Assembly: GCF_009914755.1 (NCBI RefSeq)
Contig: NC_060935.1
From: the human T2T-CHM13v2.0 reference genome, Homo sapiens
Length of the DNA: 64,000 nt
Strand: one strand, 5' to 3'
A program made the translations under genes and the position numbers. Shown piece after piece: positions 57,730 through 64,000 of the stretch. The notes beneath the pieces are model-generated. The model saw only the letters and a list, made by a program, of their open reading frames with translations. It searched no databases and had not been told where the DNA came from. Every line of letters starts with the position of its first letter. The first letter of the stretch is position 1.

Positions 57730-58977
57730 CTGAGCCAGAACTTAACATCTGCCACAAAGTAGGCAGTTCAGTGAGCTTTTGTAGTTTCCAACTGGATGCA
57801 GCACTATGACTGCTTTTAGCTACTAACAGGGCCAGGCACTGAAACAAGCTCTAAATCCCCACAGAAAAATCACTCTGAGCCATCCATCCCTAAATACCAA
57901 CCTGTGCATGCTATTCACCGTGCCAAGAGCGTTCACTCATTTTTGCTTCTCACAAATCTTTTTTTTTCTTCCTATGGCTTGCATGTTTTGAATGACAGCT
58001 AAATCCTAATGCGGACTGTTTATACAATGGAGTCCCACGGAGCCCAAAGATTGTGGTAATATTATTACAGAATTCTCATGATCCTTTTATTATTTTTTAA
58101 AAATGAGCCGTATGAATGTGGTAATACTATTAAGTGTCCGGCTCGATGAATTCCTCCATGTGTACACAGCCCGGAACGACCACCAGGATCAAGACGCAAT
58201 GTTTCCAGCTTTCCATAGGTTCCCTCGTGCCCCACCCCTCAGAAGTAAACGTTATTCTAACTCCTATCACTACCGGTAAGTTTTGTAGGGAATTATTTTG
58301 GAGGAAGTGGAAGGTGGAATGAATGGGCCCACAGTCCCCTGGGACTGGGCGAGACCCGTGGAGGCTCCAGGGGTCCGTAGAGCTCTTCGCTCTCACCGAC
58401 CCGGGCCACACCCGCCAAGCTGGTAGTTCTCCGAACGGATCCCTCACGCCCAGCAATGGCCGGAGGGCCCCCGGGCCCCACCATAATAGCGCTAAGCACG
58501 CCACAATGGCAGCCCCGCTGTCTCCCGCGCGGGCCTCGCTGCGTGCTCCCAACCTTGGGAGTTGGCGCCCCTCCCGCGCGACGGACAGCCGGGCGTGGCC
58601 CTGGGCGCGACCCGACAGGACGCCAGCAGCCGGCGGGGGCGCTCCAGGACTCGAGATGTGGGGCGCGGGCCCATTGGCTGAGCATTCCCCCGCGAGCCTC
58701 CCGGCCGCAGGGCCCACCTCCCGGCCCTCTCTCCGCGCCCCCATTGGCCGTTCGCGTTCCGCGGGCGTCCGCTCCCGCCCCACTCCCGCCCGGAGGGAAA
58801 CCGGGTTGGGGGTGAGAGGCTAAAGCAGGGAGGAGGATGACTGGTCCTGCGGATAAGGGTGTGCGCGAGAGCCAATCAAAAGCGGATGTCGAAAAGAGGC
58901 GCCGCTCCAGCCAGTCACGTCGCGAGGTGCGGTCGGGGCCGGCTGACGCGACTGCGGGCCTCAGCCAATGGGCGTGC

Positions 58978-59114
58978 CACTGCCCGTCCGCTCTTCAGCA
59001 GCCGGTCGCGGGCGGTGGAAAAGCGAGTGAAGAGAGCGCGACGGCGGCGGCGGCGGCGGCGCAGCTATTGCTGGACGGCCAGTGGGAGAGCGAGGCCTGA
59101 GCCTCTGCGTCTAG
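58978..59114 (+). other. FAR1: Non-coding exon 1 (5'UTR) of fatty acyl-CoA reductase 1; intron 1 runs to the end of the window
   Basis: I recognise ...ggcggcgcagctattgctggacggccagtgggagagcgaggcctgagcctctgcgtctag as the FAR1 5'UTR (from memory); donor tag|gtgaga at 59115; no coding exon in the window. Confidence 0.75.
59042..59061 (+). repeat. (CGG)6 in the 5'UTR
   Basis: Directly visible in the sequence. Confidence 0.95.
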
Positions 59115-60342
59115 GTGAGAAGGGGGTGCGCCAGCGGGAGCGGCCGGGCTGCGGGCTCCTCCTCGCCTGGCTCGGGAAGTGGTTGCGGGAGCTCGGGCTG
59201 CAGGCCTGGCCGAGGCGGGGGCGCCGACCAGCCGTCCCGCCCCCGCCCCCGCCCGGGTACGCCCAGAAGTGAGGGCGCCCGCCTCACCCCGGGTGGTCTC
59301 TGCCCCTCTTTGCCCCGCCGCCGCCCTTCACAGGGCCGGGACCGCGTGGGGGACGTACGGTGGGGCCTGGTTTGCAGCCGCGGAGCCCGGGGAGCCGCCT
59401 GGGGTGGGAGGCCGCTAGAGGTGGCGAAGGTGGGGCGGGGTGGTTAGCCGAGCAGCGGGCTCCGCGTGCTCGCGGGAGGGTAGCGGCAAAGGGAGGCCTA
59501 GTGATTGCAGGATTCCGGGTCTGGGGAGGAAGAAAGTGGTGGGAAATAGGTGATGCTCAGAAAAGGGTGCTGAGGGAGAAGGCGCGGGGCCGGGGAGTGT
59601 GGTTGGCCTATTAGAAGTAAGGATTGATAGGGCCTGGGTGGAGATCAGCTGGGAGTGAAGGGGGGACGGGCTTGGGTTTTGAAGGTGAAGGTCTCTGGAG
59701 AACTGGGGACACGTGGATCTGGAGTAAGAGGCACCTACTGAAACCGGAAGGTGGCTGAGAAGGTTTTATGTGAGGTGTGGACGGGAGGCTATTGGACTAG
59801 AAGGCATTAGTTGGTCTGTTAGGACAAAGTATACAAGCAGCAAACGCGGTAGATTTATGTGTGGTAGGTGAAGGCTGTGAATCTTTTATGAGTAGTTGAG
59901 CAAGAACAGTTGTCTGATTCTGCGGTGTCGGAGAGTGGAGGGTCTCAGGTAGTGTCTTGGTCAGGTTTGAAGGTTAATTTACTGCTAGTGGAGGGCCAAA
60001 TACTCAAAAGAGTTTTTAATTCTCACTACTGGGGCTGATCCTCCTCCTACACTCCACCCCTCCTGCCATCCCTGTGACAGTTCATCTCGTTTTGCCTCAG
60101 CAGCACAAGAACTCACTCCCTCCGAAGTAATGGCATACATATTGTTTGCTTTTGACTAGATGGCAGTCAGGAATCCCTTAATTCTTTATGTTAAAAAAAA
60201 AAGTGTTGGTTTAAAGACAACATCAGAAGATACTCTCAGAAAATCTGCCCTCCAGGGGAGTTTCTCAGCTGTCATGTTGGGCATGTGTAATATAGCATAA
60301 AAATGATGCAAGATCTCTTACAGTAATACAAGTGAGAATTAA

Positions 60343-60898
<556 letters not shown>

Positions 60899-62627
60899 AA
60901 AATTATTCCATAAATTTATCCATAAAAATTCCACATAAATTTTCTGGAGTTTGATTATGTATTAGGCTTGTTGGGAAATTTATTACCCTTGTGAAGAATT
61001 TTGTAGCTAAGTAGCTTGAGGGTTTTTTTTTTTTTTTCACTCAGGAAAGACATGGTATGTATGCATCACTGCTATTCTATTTGAAGCTTTTGGAATTTTT
61101 ATTTATGGGGTGTGGATAGAGGCTGGAGGCAGAGACTGAGGTCAGAGAAGAGGTAGTAGAAAAGAAGGTGGCCCACTACCATATTTCCAGTGTATTTAAA
61201 TGGGAGATAGAGTTTCTGTTTGAGGATAGGACAAAAGGTTTGTGAAGAGTTATAGAGTCAAGGACAGAAGCCAAAGAGAGCATTTGCTGTGTAACATGTT
61301 TGCTTGTTAACCAGATCAGCAAAGCATTTTAACTAATGGACCATTATTTATGATCTAGAAACAATTTTGTGAAAGCGATTTCTTAGTGATGCTGTTTACT
61401 GTGATCACATTTGCCCTTAGTATAACAATACCTAAGTGCTGAGGCGACTTGCAGTAGAGAAGTAATCTGAGTGGCGTGGAGTGAATCAGGGAAGGTTTCC
61501 TGAAAGAGGTGAGTTTTGAGCCATCATGTGAACTAGAAGTTGGGATGTGGGTTATTACAAGACATGAGGATGACATTCCAGTAGTTTGTACTTGGTATAA
61601 GCAACTGTGGACAAGAGTGACAAATTAAAAATGGTTTTTAAGGATGATTGAAGATTCGAATGAAGATTTAGGGGTTTGGAAATCAACCAAGGCTATGTTG
61701 CAGCTTAGCTGATAAATAATTTTTTATGTTGGTTAGGAGAGAAAATTAACAGTTGATAATGGATTGGAGATAGGTAGTAAAGGAAAGAGCATAAAATATT
61801 TGATAGTTATAGGAGAATGAAGTGAAAGTAAGGTTATTGAGAGGTAGGTTTAACAGTCAACCATATATCATAAGTTGGAAACATTTTTGAGTCCTGTGCT
61901 AGAGTATATTGATAATAATAGCAAAATTTATTGGGTGCTACTTTGTGGCAGACACTGTTTTGAACCTTCCAAATATTATCTCATCTTCTGATTATCTGTA
62001 TTTTATAGATGAGGGAGATAAGACTCAGAGAGATATAACTTGCCCAAGGTCACACAGCTAGGAGGGGACAGGTCAGGATTGGCAGAATCAGTCAGTAAAT
62101 GTTAATTGAGCATCTGCTTGATGCCAGGCACTGTAGTAAGTGCTGGGTGTTCAATATTGACAAGAAAATTCAAGTCAGACCTCATCTATTTTCTAGAGAT
62201 TGTCAGTTTATGTAAGAAGAGCCAGTGAAGAAAGAAAAAGATTAGTTGGAGAGATTTCTGTAGATACTGAGGAATACACTGTTTAGAGAAACCTGGGATA
62301 GAGTTTTAAAGAGGTGGTGGTTAGCAACAAAGTATATAGCTGAGAGACTCAGAACGATTGAGAAGAAACCATTGAGTTAAGTAAGTAAAAAAGTAATGTG
62401 AATTTAGTCACAAGAAAGCTGGAATGAAGATATTAATGTTTGGGCTGGTAGTTAATTGTGTTTAGTGGCAGGTACTCTATACAAATTTAAATATTTTCAC
62501 AGTTATGGTCAGATTCATAGGAAAGATGATGGTATGACCCCTTGTAATGTTTTAATCTTTGGCTGGAAGATCATGGATGCTTTAAAATGCTTGCACTTTT
62601 TAGTTTTTTCAAATTTAAAAAAATGAG

Positions 62628-62868
62628 CAGGCAGACCGCCTGAGCTCAAGAGTTCAAGAGCAGCCTGGGCAACATGGCAAAACCCCTTTTCTATCCAAAA
62701 AAAAAAAAAAAATTAGTTGGGCAAGGTGGTGTGCACACCTGTAATCCCAGCTACTTGGGGGGCTGAGATGGGAGCCTGGGAGGTTGAGGCTGCAGTGAAC
62801 CTTGATCATGCCGCTGTACTCCAGCCTAAGTGACAAAGTGAGACCCTGTCTCAAAAAAAAAAAAAAAA
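62628..62868 (+). mobile_element. 5'-truncated AluJ
   Basis: TSD-like aaaaaatgagca / aaaaagtgagca. Confidence 0.85.
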
Positions 62869-64000
62869 GTGAGCATTATTTTTATAATTAGTGGGGACAA
62901 GCATTCAACTGAAATGAGCTAATACTCAGGAAAATGTGGGTAGGCTAGTCTGAACTTGGGGTAGGAGAGAAGATAGTCTTATTTCAGTCCCTACTTGGTA
63001 AGAGCCACCTTGGTAGGTGTGTTCCTATCTTGGAAATGACTGGATTGTCACTGATGGAAACTGAAACTGTATGTACTGAAAGGTGGTATTTGCTTAACCT
63101 GAAGGATCAAGTTACTAACCCACCCTGAATGGTGGAGATACAGTCTTTGTTTTCCTGAACACTTGTTTTCTTAGAGTTTAATACATGAATTTAAGGTTTA
63201 AAAAAACCCAACAAACCACTGATAGAATTGTGTCATTTTAACTGCTTCTTTTGGCTTTATATCCTTCTTCCTACACATTGGTTCTATAGTTCCTCTCATT
63301 AATGGGTTTGCAACAGGCTTAGAGTTTCAGTTCAGTAAGACAAAATGGAAGTGCTGGATTTAGGTATAGCTGATCAACTTAAACACTTATAAATTCACCA
63401 TTGTTTTCGGTTCCCAATTTGAAGAGTGGAGACAGAAGTCAAGAAAATAAGCTTTTCTTATTCAAAGAATGATTCCCAAACCAATAGGATTTGCCCTAGG
63501 ATCAGTACAGACTTATTACAGTCTCCTAAACAGAGAGGAAAGAGTTGCGTAAATTCATCTAGCTTTTAGTTTAATTTCACTTAGCCCATAGGGATTCTGA
63601 GAGGAAACGATATTAATGTGATTCCTATTTCATCTAGGCACTGTAGCATAATCCTTCAACAAATTACCACATTTGATTCTCATATAATTCTCTAAAATGT
63701 GAATACCATATTACAGATGAGGAGAGTGAGACTCAGAGAAGTTAGTAACTTTCCAAGGTTGGAGAGCTAAGTGACAGAGCTGGGATTCAAACCTTTCTTT
63801 GTCTAACTCCAAAACTCCATGCTTGTGAAACTAATAGCACGGAGGACTGATTTATACCTTCAACTGAAAAAAAATGCCACAAGCCTTAGGTATTTGTTAC
63901 CTTAGAAGATGAGACTCTTGCTCTGAGTGTTTGTGCTCTGTGACACTGCCTCTAAATAAATGACAGTGATTTTTTAGTGTCTAATAGGATACCTTATATT

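Larger units (their letters stand above)
58130..59620. promoter_or_regulatory. CpG-island promoter, apparently bidirectional
   Basis: High GC/CpG content; reverse CCAAT boxes at 58673 and 58743, forward CCAAT boxes at 58872 and 58965; GC boxes; CRE/E-box-like gtcacgtc at ~58914. Confidence 0.92.

Noticed and set aside
58130-59614. Long GC-rich ORFs (e.g. 217 aa at 58130..58783)
   Set aside because: Low-complexity Pro/Arg/Gly/Ala ORFs in all frames are expected in a CpG island; no recognisable domain.

Overview
Primate (most likely human, chr11p15 FAR1 region) DNA, dominated by interspersed repeats. It contains three full-length L1s with TSDs, a nested MER93-bounded ERV1 provirus, MaLR/ERVL LTRs, many Alus, an HMGN2 processed pseudogene, a tailless 5S rRNA retropseudogene and, at the right end, a CpG-island promoter with the non-coding first exon of a + strand gene I recognise as FAR1. 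The main result is that the short non-repeat islands from ~57.7 kb down to ~3 kb are splice-site-bounded, stop- and frameshift-riddled minus-strand exons. Their manual translations align collinearly with GREB1/GREB1L, but in circularly permuted order: the GREB1 C-terminal TAGT glycosyltransferase region comes first, then the GREB1 N-terminus and helicase-like region. This looks like a dead, intron-containing third GREB1-family gene lying head-to-head with FAR1. The GREB1 comparison uses my recalled sequence and alignment by eye, so it needs tblastn/HMM confirmation. Repeat subfamily calls are also by eye and some boundaries are approximate.
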